Below are positions 1-15,530 of a stretch of 64,000 nucleotides of DNA, piece by piece. The stretch lies in the NCBI RefSeq assembly GCF_009914755.1, contig NC_060947.1. One strand, 5' to 3'. This stretch comes from the human T2T-CHM13v2.0 reference genome, Homo sapiens. The position numbers were made by a program, and so were the translations under genes. The notes under the pieces were generated by a model that did no database searches, was not told the origin of the DNA, and worked only from the letters and a program-made list of their open reading frames with translations. The number at the start of each line of letters is the position of its first letter. The first letter of the stretch is position 1.

Positions 1-1700
1 TTATATGCTAAAAACTACAAAACATAGCCTAAAGAAATTAAAGACACACATAAATGGAAAGACATTTTAAGCTCATGGATTGGAAGACTTTAATATTATC
101 GAGACGTCAATACTATAAAATGATCTATAGTATCGATGCAATCATGGTCAATATCTCAATGATGTTTTTTGCAGAAATAGGAAAGTCTATGTGAAAATTT
201 ATATGAAATCTCAAGGAATTGCAAATAACCAAAACAATCTTTAAAAAGAACAGCAAAATTGGAGGACTCACACTTCCTGGTTTCAAAACTTACTGCAAAG
301 ATACAATAATCAAACAATGTGGTTCTGGTATACGGATAGGCATATATATCAGTGGACTACAACTAAGAATCCAGAAATAAACCCATATATCTTCAATACT
401 GATTTTTGATAAGACTGTCAAAACATGTTAATGGGCAAGCATAGTCTTTTAAACAAATGGTGCCGAGGCAACAACATAGCCACATACAAAAGAATAAATT
501 TGGGGCCCTACCTCAAACCACATACAAAAATTAACTCAAAATAGATCAAAGAACTAAATGTAAAAGCTAAAACTATGAAACTCTTAAAAGAAAATACACG
601 GGTAAATCTTAATGAATTGGGTTTGGCAATAGATTCTTAGATATGACGCAAAAAGCACAAGATTAAAAAGGAAAAAAAGATAAGTTGAATTCAATTAAAA
701 TTAAAAACCTTTGTGCCTCAAAGGATACTATCAAGAAAGTGAAAAGACAACCTAAGAGTGGGAGATAATATTTGCAAATAATAAATCTGATAAGGGTCAC
801 GTATTTAGAATATATAAAGAACTCTTATAATTCAACACACAACCCAATTAAAAATGGGCAAGTAACTTGAATAGAAATTTCTCCAATGATGACATACAAG
901 TGGTCAATGAACACATGAAAAGATGCTAAACATCACTAATCATTAGGAAATACAAATCAAAACCACAATGACATAACACTTCACACTTACTCTTATTAGG
1001 ATGGCTATTATAAGAAAATCAGAAAACAACAAGTGTTGTCAGTTATGAGGAGAAATTGGAACTCATGCATTGCTTGTGAGGATTTAAAATTCTACAGCTG
1101 CCATGGAAAACAGTATGGTGGTTCCTCAAAAAGCTAAACAGAATTAGTGTATGATCCAGCAATTCCACTTCTAGGTGTAATTCCTAAAGGAATTGAAAGC
1201 AGCGACTCAAACTGATATTTGTATACCCATGTTCATAGCAGCATTAATCACAAGAACCAAAAAGTGGAAGCACCCAAATGTCCATCAATAGATAAACAAA
1301 ATGGGGTATATACTTTCAATTGAATATAATTTAATCTTAAAAACAAAGGAAATTCCAACACATGCTACAACATGGATGAGCCTTCAAGACATTATGCTCA
1401 GTGAAATAAGCCAGTCAGGAAAGGACAAATATTATACAATTCCACTTATACGAGATACCTATGGTAGTCAAATTCATAGAGACAGAAAGTAGAATAGTGG
1501 TTGCCAGAGGCTGGGGTCAGGAGACAATGGAGAGTTATTGTTTAATGAGTGTGGGTTTTCAGTTTTGGATGATGATAAGTTCTGGAGGTGGATGGTGGTG
1601 ATGTTTGTACAACAATGTGAATGTACTTAATGCCACTGAACTGTACAATTAAAAATGGTTAAAAGGGCAAATTTTATGTTATTCATATTTTACCAAAGTA
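1..1700 (+). mobile_element. Old L1 (L1MB-like): ORF2 C-terminal region plus 3' UTR, running off the left edge
   Basis: Degenerate ORF2 3' sequence (ORF 1301-1492 contains HATTWMSLQDIMLSEISQ). L1MB-type 3' UTR gatggtggtgatgtttgtacaacaatgtgaatgtacttaatgccactgaactgtac near 1590-1650. Confidence 0.9.
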
Positions 1701-2149
1701 ACAAAATAAATGACAAACATATTAGAGATAGACAGAAGACACTGGAATCCAGGGTTTGAAGAAAGAACCCTGTTCTGGAATGCAGCAAGGAATCAGAAAA
1801 TGGAGAAAAGTAGTAAAAGTGGCCTGTCTTAATACTTTAGTTTTGTGAAGCATTGGAACCTACAGTTCTTTCTTGCTCACTGCAGTGATTTTCATGCTGT
1901 GCTGCTCAGAAGCTGAGGCTTCTGGTGGCAGGGCAGGGGGGTTGTCTCACAACTGACCTAGCAGCAAAAATGTAAATGGCTGGAGGAATCCATGTAACTC
2001 TTTTGGTTGTTTCATCTATTGGTTAAGGGTTTGTTAAAAGATAAAAATTAATCAGCTGCTAAAAATTTTGAAAACCAATGCTCATCACAACAAAATTCAT
2101 ATCATATGTCATTTCAAAACTCAATTTATTAGAGACATAAATGCCCTTG

Positions 2150-2870
2150 GACACATTCTAATTTTTACAACTCGATTTTAATTAAATGAGATAATGCATG
2201 TAAAATACCTCGCACAAGGCTTTGCACATGGGAGATGTTCAGAAAATAAAATAATGATGAATTACTTTATTTTCTTCATTGTGTGCTCTTCCTCAGATCA
2301 CAAGCTAGCTGAAAGGAGAGAATGGGGCCATTTTTTAATGGGCTATTGCAAAATACATGAAACATAAATGTTCACTTTAAAGTTGAAAATATTTTATCCC
2401 AAGTTGCGGTCAATTAATAGGCTCAGAAAAAATATTATGGTTGCTGCATTTATTTATTATTTCAATCAGGAAATATTCATGGAGCACTCGCTATGCATTA
2501 CGCACTGTGCTATGTCCTGAGCATACAAGTCAGACAGTCCCTGCTGTCAAGTAGATCTTCTCATTTGAAGGAAGCAGACAAGTAAGAAAAAAAATCAGTA
2601 TAAATGAAAACCTAATATACAATAAAGGTTCCACCAAAAATTAATCGGGACAGAATGGATTATTTAGTAGATAATGTTGGAAAAACTGGCTCACTATATT
2701 AAGAAAAATAAAACTGAATCCCTGGCTAACACTACATACAAGGATGGATTCAAAATTGATTAAACATCTAAATATTAAAGATGAAACATGTAAAGTTAGT
2801 AAAAATTTGTAAAGTTAATTAAAAAAAATTAGGAAAATGTATTTGTGACCTAGGGACAAAAAAGGATTTC
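2150..2870. mobile_element. Cluster of ancient fragments: MIR (~2150-2260), L2 3' end (~2450-2590), old L1M piece (~2650-2870)
   Basis: MIR core attaaatgagataatgcatgtaaa; L2-like aaatattcatggagcactcgctatgc; L1-like aatgttggaaaaactggc...aaactgaatccc. Boundaries approximate. Confidence 0.6.
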
Positions 2871-2874
2871 CTTG

Positions 2875-4260
<1,386 letters not shown>

Positions 4261-4978
4261 TGTTATTGGTCTGTTCAGAGTTCCTATTTCTTCCTGCTTT
4301 AATCTAGGAGGGTTGTTTGTTGGCATCCAGCCAGGAGGTAGTGCTTTCAAGAGTGTATCAGCTGCAGAAGTATAGAGAGAAACTTGCCTTGGGGTCGCCT
4401 GGTTTAGTATTCAGGTTTCTCAGGTGGTGGGCAGGACCACAGAGCTCCCAAGAGATTATGTCCTTTGTCTTCGTCAACAAAGGCCGGTAGAGAAACACCA
4501 CCAGGTGGAGCCAGGGATAGGACTACTCGAGCTCACACTGTCCTTGGGCAGGGCTCACTGCGATTGTGTGGTTCCCAGGACAATGGAGTTATAGTCCCAG
4601 GGGAATTATGCCTGCCTCTGCTGAGTCATACTGGTAACCAGGGAAGTAGGGGAAATCAGACAGTCACAGGCCTCACCTTGCTCCCAAGGAGCCTGCAGTT
4701 CTAAAGGCCAGTCTCACTCCCACTGTGCACACCCACCCCCAACAGCACCGAGTGACCACCAGCATCCTTGCTGAGAAAGCAAGTAGACTCAGTTTTTTGG
4801 TATCTCAGGGAGCCTACAGTGGCTCCAGTTCCTTCAGAGGGTCTGTGAATTCTCTCAGTTTTCCTGGTATGTTCCTGCGGTAGTTCTTGGAGCAAAAGTT
4901 CATGATGTGAGTCTTCACATGCTGCTCTGTCTGTCTGAGTGGGAGCTGCAAGCTAGTCCTGCCTCCTATCTGCCATCT
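4261..4978 (-). mobile_element. L1PB-type 5' UTR (4316-4978) fused to a ~55-bp ORF2 fragment (4261-4315)
   Basis: 4316-4978 is colinear with the 5' UTR of the full-length L1PB at ~52970-54120 (ccagccaggaggt.gtgctttcaagag; gagctgcaag.tagt.ctgcctcctatc). Confidence 0.85.
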
Positions 4979-4989
4979 GAGACCTGTGG

Positions 4990-5495
4990 GCTTTTCTCTT
5001 TTCCATGTTCCCCTACCTAAATCCCTGGCACAATACCTTTCTAATATTCTTCTGCAGTTTTCTGTTCTCTTAGGAACGCTTCTCTTCTTCCTCATGATTC
5101 TATGCCTTTTCTGCAGTCCTGTTTCTTTGAGACCCTTCCCTGTATCACTGGTGCTTCATCCATTTTCTGTAATCTTACCTCTTTCCTAGGTTTCTGGGGT
5201 TTCTTGGTCTCTTGGAGTTCCCTATCCCCTATGTCCCTGTGGCATCATCTGTTTTTCTAGTATCCTCTCTAGATCTCTGAGGCTTCACCCATTTTTTTCT
5301 GGGGTCTAATTTTTTTTCCTGTAGTTTCCCTGTTCAAATCCCCAGAGCTCCACTTTGTTTTCAGATTCTATGTCCCTGCTGGTGTCTCTTTCCACTTTCT
5401 TGGCCTCTTTCTCTTCCTGAATTTCTTCAGTCACCTTGGTTTCTCCTCTCTGGTGTTGTTTTTTGGTTTTTTTTTTTGTTTGTTTGTTTTTTCTG
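4990..5495. repeat. Pyrimidine-rich low-complexity tract ending in (GTTT)n
   Basis: Strong C/T bias on the + strand; tttgtttgtttgttt at ~5475-5490. Confidence 0.6.
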
Positions 5496-6224
5496 GACCT
5501 TGTCTGCCAACCCCCACTTTCCTACTAAGCCTGATGCTGAGGTAGCTAATTCAGCATGATTTGTGCTTAGGTGGTGCAGAATCCAACCCCGCAGGAAATG
5601 TGCCAGAATTCTATCATTTAAAGGTTGGAGAGTCAAGAGGAAAGAAGTAAAAGTGAGTGCACACTGTCTGCCAAAATCTGTGTTGTGCTTTTTCACATGC
5701 ATTACCGACTGCAATCCTCACAGTAGCTCTGTGCATGGATTTTGGTATCCCCATTTGACATATGAATAAACTGTGGCTTAGTGGAGAAAAGCTTCTTGGA
5801 GCTGGATGGAGCAGAGGGAAATCCTTGCCCTCTCCGAGTGTTAGGTAGGGTAGGGAGTCATCACCTGCATTCTAGAGAGGGGGCTCAGGCGTCTCTGCCC
5901 AGGCTGCACCTCTCAGACTAGGGAGAATTCCAGCTCTACAGAGGCCCATGGCAGCCTACTCTCTCAGGATCTGACTCTGCAGGGCGCTCTCCCGGCGTGG
6001 CAGGAAAGAAAAAAGTGGTTTTCGCACCTTGGTGGTGGCTTCAACACCTCCAAGTTTGGGGTGTGAAAGTGGGATGTTGGCAGGGCTTCCAAGCTATGAG
6101 GGGTGGAGTTGGTCCTGAGGTGCTCCCTCCCTCAGCCCTATCTCCCACCACACCCTTGCATGCATCTTGGTGGCCATAGAGCGCAATGGCCACCTGTTCC
6201 TTTCCTACGGCCCCAACTACTTAC

Positions 6225-6282
6225 CTTGCTCGGATCCTTGTTTCAGGTGTCCACGTGCCTTGGCTAACCAGATCTGGGACAT
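6225..6282 (-). CDS. Candidate first coding exon segment (MSQIWLAKARGHLKQGSEQ plus 1 nt, phase-1 intron) of an unidentified gene continuing leftwards
   Basis: Minus strand reads GCCAGCC-ATG at 6282-6280, 19 open codons, then AAG|GTAAGT (exon ends at 6225). No upstream ATG between 6283 and ~6725. Non-repeat, GC-rich sequence. No homology recognised. Confidence 0.45.
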
Positions 6283-6558
6283 GGCTGGCTAGTGCAGGGC
6301 TTGTCCTGTGCCGCCTTCACCCGAAGGATGGGGGAGGTGTGCACCACAGGGTTGCAATTCCAGCAGGTGAGAAATCTGCAGTGCCTGCAGCTGGAGCTTT
6401 GGTGGGGATGCCACAGCTGCAAAGCTCTCTTTGGCAACCTACTGCCCAGAGTCCCGGTGGCCCCGACTGGTGGGAGTGCCTGGAAGGCCAGGAAGTGAGT
6501 GTGGCCTAGGTATCAGGAGAGAGGGAGAGAGAGAAGAGGGCCTACAGCGTTGGAGCAC

Positions 6559-6637
6559 GGCTGCACAGCCTGCTCCTGGACTGTACAACTTACTCCTGGA
6601 CTGCACAACTTGCTCCTGGACTGCAACCTGGACTGTC
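6559..6637. repeat. 20-bp minisatellite, about 3.5 copies (tgctcctggactgcacaact)
   Basis: Units start at 6571, 6591 and 6611, with partial units on both sides. Confidence 0.85.
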
Positions 6638-6679
6638 ACGAAACAGCTCAGTGACCAGAGATGATGTGGTCGGCCTGCT

Positions 6680-7470
6680 GGCTCTGTTAAAGGGTTTCAA
6701 ACTTCCCAGTAGCCTGCCTTCTGGCCATCCAGCTAGGCTTCTCCTTGCCTGCTAAATAAGGGCATGAGTCACCTGGGACCCTGCTGCACCAGACTGGAAT
6801 GTGTTGGTCCCAGTTGGGCTGGGGAGAGCCTCTGGCCCTGAGACCGCTCTGGGGAAGGGCTGTGGGAGAGCTGTAAAGGGGAGGGGAGAGAGTCTGGTGT
6901 AAATCCAACAGCACAGTGACAGGGACAGGGGCTGCAGAGAAGGCTCTAGAGAATAAAGCTGTATTGAATTGGGCTGAGAGGAGGCTGAGAGAGGGGAAGA
7001 GGTGAGACTGGGGCCATTGTAGAGAGAGGGGCAGGGGCTAGGGGAACCCAGGGGAGACAGACTGGGGTTGGAGGTCCAGAGGAGAGAAAAAGAGAGTCCA
7101 TGGCAAGACTCTTGGTGAGTCAAGGCTCTAGGTGAGTGATATTAAAGAGAGCCATGATTGAAGGGAGGGGTCACTGAGAGATCAAGACATGGGCTGGCAA
7201 GTTTGGGGACAATTTCTGGCCAAACGTGTAGTGACGAATTACATTCCAAGATCACAGGGAAGGACATGAAGCACTGAGGTTTAGAGATCAGTACCTTCTC
7301 AATTACTCAGTAAACGTCACTGGATCCCTTCAATCCACACAGCCCTACTATAGTGCTATAGGGAATCCACAAGTGGCGAAAGCACAGAAAATCCCCATTC
7401 CGAAGGAAAGAGTGGAAATATCTCACTTAGGAGTGAGTTCAAGCAGCACTCAGAGTATGAGTCAGCAAGG
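6680..7470 (-). promoter_or_regulatory. Candidate non-CpG-island promoter/enhancer with AP-1, TEAD and CArG-like motifs
   Basis: Minus-strand TTTAACA (weak TATA) at 6685-6691. CCTTATTTAG (CArG, 1 mismatch) at 6752-6761. TGAGTCA at 6765-6771, ~7116 and ~7458, the last in ARE context TGAGTCAGC. ACATTCCA at 6795-6802 and ~7240. Confidence 0.55.
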
Positions 7471-7518
7471 CTATGAGCTAAGAGGCTTAAGCCAAGGGTG
7501 AGCACTTTGCGATGAGAG

Positions 7519-8221
7519 TGTTACTGACAGTGAATCCATATCCATATGAGTCTGCAGCAACCTCAATTCTTGCCTCATCAGATGAAAGAATTCGACTGAG
7601 GGCATAACACAGAAGGAGAAACTAAGGCAAGTTCTACAGCAGGAGCGAAAGTTTATTAAAATGATTTAGAACAGGAAGTAAAGTACCCTTGGGAGAGGGC
7701 CAAGTGGGCGACTTGAGAGATCAAGTGCACAGTTTGACCTTTTGGCTTGGAGTTGGCATACTTTGGGGGTCTTGCAGCCCTTCTCCCCAGATTCTTCCCT
7801 TGGGGTGGGCTATCTGTATGTGCAGTGGCCTACTAGCACTTGGGAGGAGAGCATGCACAGTGTGTTTCCTGGAGTTAACTGCTCCAGTAAACATGCATGC
7901 TCACTTGAAGTGTTCTTCCCTTACTAGCTGAATATTCACAGAAGGTCATATACCAGTTAAACGCCACCTTTTTTCCTCTTAATGCACATGCTTGAGCCCA
8001 CTTGCCCACCTCCTGAGATCTTATCGGGAAGCTGCTGATCACGTTTCAGGAGTTTTTCTATTGGGAGACTGTCTTTCCCTGGAGCTGGCTGCCACCGATT
8101 ATTATTTTAGAGACACAGTGTAACAATTGCCTGACCATCACCTTATAGTTGTCTGACATTCCTGGTGGAGGTGGTGTCCTCTCCTGCACTGCTCATGTCT
8201 GACTAGCTGCCAACTGTAACA
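7519..8221 (-). mobile_element. Solo ERV1 LTR, MER50-like
   Basis: TG...CA termini (tgttactgacag ... caactgtaaca). The minus-strand start tgttacagttggcagctagtcagacatgagcag matches MER50 as I recall it. Minus-strand AATAAA at ~7653. Confidence 0.8.
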
Positions 8222-8327
8222 AGGAATTAAAAGCAAATATCTGGGTGCTCCGAATGTTTGTCTGTAGAACGGTGATGAGGTCAGGAGAGTAATGTGTAAG
8301 GGCCAGATAAGCTTTTGAAAAAAGTGC

Positions 8328-10235
<1,908 letters not shown>

Positions 10236-10649
10236 GAAAAAAGTGCAGGCAGGTCCTGGGTTAGGATGGGGAGCAGTTCTGGAGCAGCTGCTGGAAAGAT
10301 AAGTGGGGCTAGCTGACTGTGTTTTGGCAGAAACAGGACTGGGGCCAATGCAGTCACTGGTAAAATGGGGCCAGGAGCTTGCTGCTGGCAGACCCCTTGG
10401 ACACATTTCTTGGGCTCTCATCCTGTTGCCAAGAAACAAGTCGCCACCTGGACAGTGCCCTGAGCTTGAATTCTGTCTGAGGTTGCTCTGTAGTTCCACC
10501 CCTACCCCCACTTTCTCCAAAAGGTTCTGTCGGAAACCTGTATCCTGCCTTACTGACAAGATTCTTGTATTTTGACCATTCAGGCTGTTTTACGGTATGA
10601 CACCTCATACCATCACACACAGACTTGACTCTGCCTACAATACCTTTCT

Positions 10650-11330
10650 TCCCCTTTGTCACCAAGCCAACTATTTAACCTTTAATATCCTGTTCAAATG
10701 TCATCTCCTCTGTGAAGCCTTTCTATAAAACCCTTTTCCCTCAAAACCACAACAAAATATTGCATTTATTCCCTTTTCTACATTTCTACAGAATTTTAGT
10801 TTATGCTTCCAACCTAAAGCTTAATGAGGTTTATTTTTTCATTGTTATTTCACATGTGTTCCATAAGTAGATGGAGAGTTTCTTGAAGGTAAGACCATTG
10901 TTACCTCTGTGTCTCCATTGACTAGTCTGTTACACAGATAATCATAAGGGGCCAGTAAGTAGGTAACTGTTTGGTACAGAATATATCAGAGTAGTGAGAG
11001 ATAGGATTCTGGAAAAACAGTTATTACAATAATCCAGATCAGTGGTAATGAGGCTTTAACTTGAGCAGCGCAGATGAAAAGACCCACACTGATGTCAGTC
11101 CTGCTGCAGTGGGAGAACTGACAGGGCCCTGTGATTGATTTGATGTGGGCAGCCAAAGGGAGGGAGAAGTGTGAGGTGATTCTTAAGGCTTGGAGTCAGG
11201 GTTGGGAGGATGGAGAGATTGTCTATAGAAACTAGGAAATCAAGGAGGTTGAATGAAGGGCATGCTTTAAGCATGTTTAACTTGAGATTTAGGTAAAAAT
11301 TTGTGTCTGAAGGAGAGGATGGAGCTGGAC
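10650..11330. mobile_element. L2 fragments in both orientations
   Basis: tcaaatgtcatctcctctgtgaagcctt (+) and ttattacaataatccag...gaggctttaacttgagcag (-) are typical L2 motifs. Boundaries approximate. Confidence 0.55.
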
Positions 11331-11680
11331 ACAGAAAGGAGCCTCCTCACTTAAATTATGTAGACTCAGAATCTTGAGGACGATCCTGTTAAACTCCCCC
11401 TTTTCTCAGACACACCCATTATATAAGTGAAAGCAGATGACATTTTGAGGGTCTGTGTCACAGGATTTATGGACAGCACATGGAGGGGAGTGAGGCGAAT
11501 TTTGAGCTACCAATGAAGACCTATGTTTGAAAGAAATTTCATCTTTAAGGAGGACTAGACAGGTGTATGGCAACTAAAGCGTGTATATGCTAGGCTGGAA
11601 TTCTTCCAGAAACTATGTGGCTTCCCAAATGCTGAATAGCCTTCTTAGATGCTGGATAGCAATCTGGACAGCATCTTTCT

Positions 11681-11986
<306 letters not shown>

Positions 11987-12049
11987 GACAGCATCCTTCT
12001 TTAAAGCACACATTTACTTGTCTTTCCTTCCATTCAAACTCATGTGTCC

Positions 12050-12550
12050 TGTGACCTCAAGATCCTGTTGTTTGCTAGCTAATCCAATAAAATCTCTCAC
12101 TTTTCCTTTCCATTCCCACCAAGTTTCCTAGTATGTGTTTTTATTCCATCTAACAGATGTCAACAGCCTTCTATCTTGTGATGGTCCCTAATCTTTTCTC
12201 CAATTCATTCTGCATACACCACCTACCATTTTCTCAATTCAGTTAATAAATGCAAACGGCTTAGCACAGAGCTTGGCAAAAAATAAATGCTTGATAAATT
12301 GCAGCTATTATTATTCTTTTACATGTCCAGAGAGAGAATAGTGCGGTAGAAAGAACACTAAAATGGGAACCAAGACGGGTCTGCCACTGGCAGTGCGTGA
12401 CTTAGGCCTCAGTTTATTCCTTAGGAAAATGGGGGTAATGAGCCATGATCTGAATACCCTATAAGGCTGTTATGAGATGCAGGTTTAATGAGATCTTGAG
12501 TCCAAGACCAAGCACAAGCATAATAGGCTGCCCATATGGTTCATTATGAT
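12050..12550. mobile_element. L2 and MIR fragments
   Basis: gcttagcacagagcttggca...aaatgcttgataaat and ggcctcagtttattccttaggaaaatggggg are MIR motifs; the upstream part is L2-like. Confidence 0.55.
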
Positions 12551-13829
12551 AGGTAATGAGAAAAGTGAGAGGACAGTTGAGGAGAGGGATGTGAACAATA
12601 ATGAGGTCCAATCCTAGAGAAGGCTGTGGTCAGGGCCAATGAATGTAGAGGTGAAATAGAGGGAGTAGTTTCCCTTATTACTGTGCTGTTGCATCATACA
12701 TATATTTAACTTATAGAAATTTAGTTGTATGCTGCTTGGCAAAAAGACAAACGGTGCTTTATTTACTATGTCATTGTTTCCCCAATTTAGACTGATCTCC
12801 ACTGACCCAGAGAGAGAAGAGGGGCCATGACAAAAATATGCAGAGAAACAAACAGAAGTTAAATCTTGATTTTTTAGCTTCTAAATGCCTATCTAGGTCC
12901 TGGTGATTTAAAAGATTTTCAAGGGAAATTTTGACCAGTCTCAATTTTTGCTTTTGTGCTGACTCTAGAATTCAAATTCCCTTGATTTCACATGGCATGC
13001 AACTCTGCTCTTTCTGCACAAGATTCTGATGAACCACTCACTGAGAGTCACTGATACTATACTCTGTCCCTGCCACTCCCACACTCCAAGACATATGGAA
13101 GATTTCATGAGAACCCCTGTCTGGAAGGTCCCTAGGCACCTTTTCAGCCTGCACATTCTAGATCCCAGTGATATATTATTACTTCTGAGAACCTGTCACC
13201 TGTAAAGTCTTGTGGCTTGAGGCCCCAGATAGTAGTGACAAGTTGGTGACTGAAGAAGACCAAAAGGAAGAGCCCATAGGAGCCATAATATATTGGAAGG
13301 TAAGACTTACTCTTACCTGGTCTCTGGAGCTTTGTGGAGCAAAGGGTGCTCTTCAGATATCACATGAAAGAATGATGACCCCTTAGAAAGTCTGTTACCC
13401 AGAATTTCCTTCAAACCCTGAAGTCACGATGGCAGGAGTTCATCCTCAAAAAAACTGCTCTGTATCTCTTGTTTTGGTTCCCATTTCTCTTCCGTCCCCC
13501 TAAAAGTTGAAAGGAACTTGGGAGGTGTTCTGTAGCTAGCAAGGTCATTTCCATAGCCTGCTAATTTTCCACTTCTTTGCTCATTTCATGGAAAACTCTT
13601 GCTATCTCTTCACAGAATGGCCTCCTCCTCTGCTCCATTCACATCCTTCCAGCCAGAGCTGGGAGTATGATTCTATGCAGAGGATGGTGGAGAAGAATGA
13701 GGCCCTCATTCCAGGCATAAGTGAAGAGAGAGCTGGAGCAGAAGATCCTATGTAAGGGGCCAGGGAGTGTACCTGTTCAGATTTCATAGACTTGTGGGAT
13801 GTCCTGGCCAAAAGCACCCTCACAGATAA

Positions 13830-15530
13830 GGTAATCCAAAGCCCACGTTACAGATGTGGAAGGCACAGATCAGAGAGTACCAAAGATTTACCCAAGGTCA
13901 CACAGCCCATCACTGGAAGTGCTGAGCCCTATAATGCCTAAGAGGCTCTCCACTTTGCTCTGGTCTAAGAGATATTGCAGGGCAGCTTGAGTCCATTGCT
14001 GCTGGGCAGAGCTTCGGAAGTTCAGCTTGGTAGAGGTTGCAGCTTCTCCTTCTCTTCCTACCTGACAATAACAACAAAAGGACCACAGAAAAAGTTCCCA
14101 GCTAGACTCCCCTGGAGCATCCCACTCCTTCTCACAATCCTTTTAACTTTCATTACACTGTTATCTGCCTCCAAGCCTACTGAGTACCCTCATCTGTACT
14201 GTTACATGACTCACTTGGAATATCCCAGGTTCCACTTATGCATCTAACTAGCCAGTATCATTCTTACCTTGCTTTATTTTTCTTCATAGCATTTTACCCT
14301 ACTTGAACAAGATAGACAAAGGCCTGACCACATAGACTTTATGTTTTCATGAGGGAAGCAGACAATGAACAATTAAACAAATAACTAAATAAAATACCTA
14401 TAGATTGTGATACGTGTTATGGAGAAAATAAGTTGCTGTCGAAGAGAATAACAAGGTGGAATCTAATCAGGGAATCAAGTATGGCTTATCTGAGAAGATA
14501 AAAATCCAATCATGGAAAGAACAGGAAGAGCAATATGGGTTGGAAGGAAGAAGAGGATGTGGAAAGAATTTCCAAAGCAAGAAGAAATGTATGTGTCAAG
14601 TTTCCAAGAATGGGAAAGAGTTTGGCATATTCAAGGAACTGAAGGAAGGCCAGCAGGGAGGAATTAGGGCAACACAGAGTTGAAGAGTAAGGCAGGGTCC
14701 AGACGCTATAGCATCATGGTAATGTAGTACTTATCATGTATTTTACTAAGTGGATACACACACACTTGTAATCCTCACTATAACCTTATAAACTACTATA
14801 ATTATCTCACTTTTTCAGGCACAGAACAATTAAATAACTGCCCAAGGTCACATAACTAGTAAATGGTAGAGCTAGAATCAGAGCTCAGGCAGTCTGATGC
14901 CAAAGTCCTTGTTTCTCCCCTCTATCTGGAATTTGGATTTTATGCCAAGTCCAATGGGGACCCACTGGAGGGTTTTAAGAAAGGTGATAACATGATATGA
15001 CTTACATATTTAAAATATCAATCTGGCAGCTGTGGGAAGAGTGGTTTGATTGGAGGGGGGCAAAAGTGGAAGCAGGAGGCTCAGTGAGAAGCCTATTGCA
15101 ATTGCCCAGATGAAATATAATGGTGGTTTGGACCAGGGTAGTGGGAACTGAGGTGAAAAGACATGGACAAATTGAAGAGTGCTTTTGAAATCAGTTTCTC
15201 ACTTGATTCTAGTCTGCCTAACAGGGTTTATCTATTTGATGTGTGTGTCTTGTCATCATCAATTAGACTGGAATTCCTTAAGAGCAGGGAAGAAAAGAGA
15301 CTCATTTTCACTGGCACCTTCTCCAAGCCATATATCTCTTGCCTCATTAGTGATTTTCAGGATTTTGTTAGGTAGGTATTATTTTCATATTTTACAGCTG
15401 AGGAAACTGAACCTCAGAGAAGGGGAGGGACTTGTCTAAGGTCACCCAGCCAGTATGTGACACAGCTGAAAATTTAAAGCAAGACCTCTTTCACTTTGAA
15501 GTCCAAAGTTTCCCCCCTTGTACTATACTG
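13830..15530. mobile_element. Interleaved MIR and L2 relics (MIR ~13830-13930, ~14730-14910, ~15370-15530; L2 ~14320-14720 and ~14925-15200)
   Basis: MIR cores cccaaggtcacacagc, attttacagctgaggaaactga. L2 (-) ccactggagggttttaag...gacttacatatttaaaa. Boundaries approximate. Confidence 0.6.

Noticed and set aside
4261-4330. Spliced L1 (SpIRE) explanation for the 5' UTR-to-ORF2 jump
   Set aside because: No GT donor follows the junction on the L1 sense strand, and microhomology explains the join better.
6559-6637. CRISPR-like repeat array
   Set aside because: Head-to-tail tandem units with no unique spacers, a eukaryotic context and no cas genes.
5997-6664. Overlapping + strand ORFs (60-107 aa) in the GC-rich island
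   Set aside because: No recognisable domain. Stop-poor GC-rich DNA yields such ORFs, and the promoter, Kozak and donor signals all point to the minus strand.
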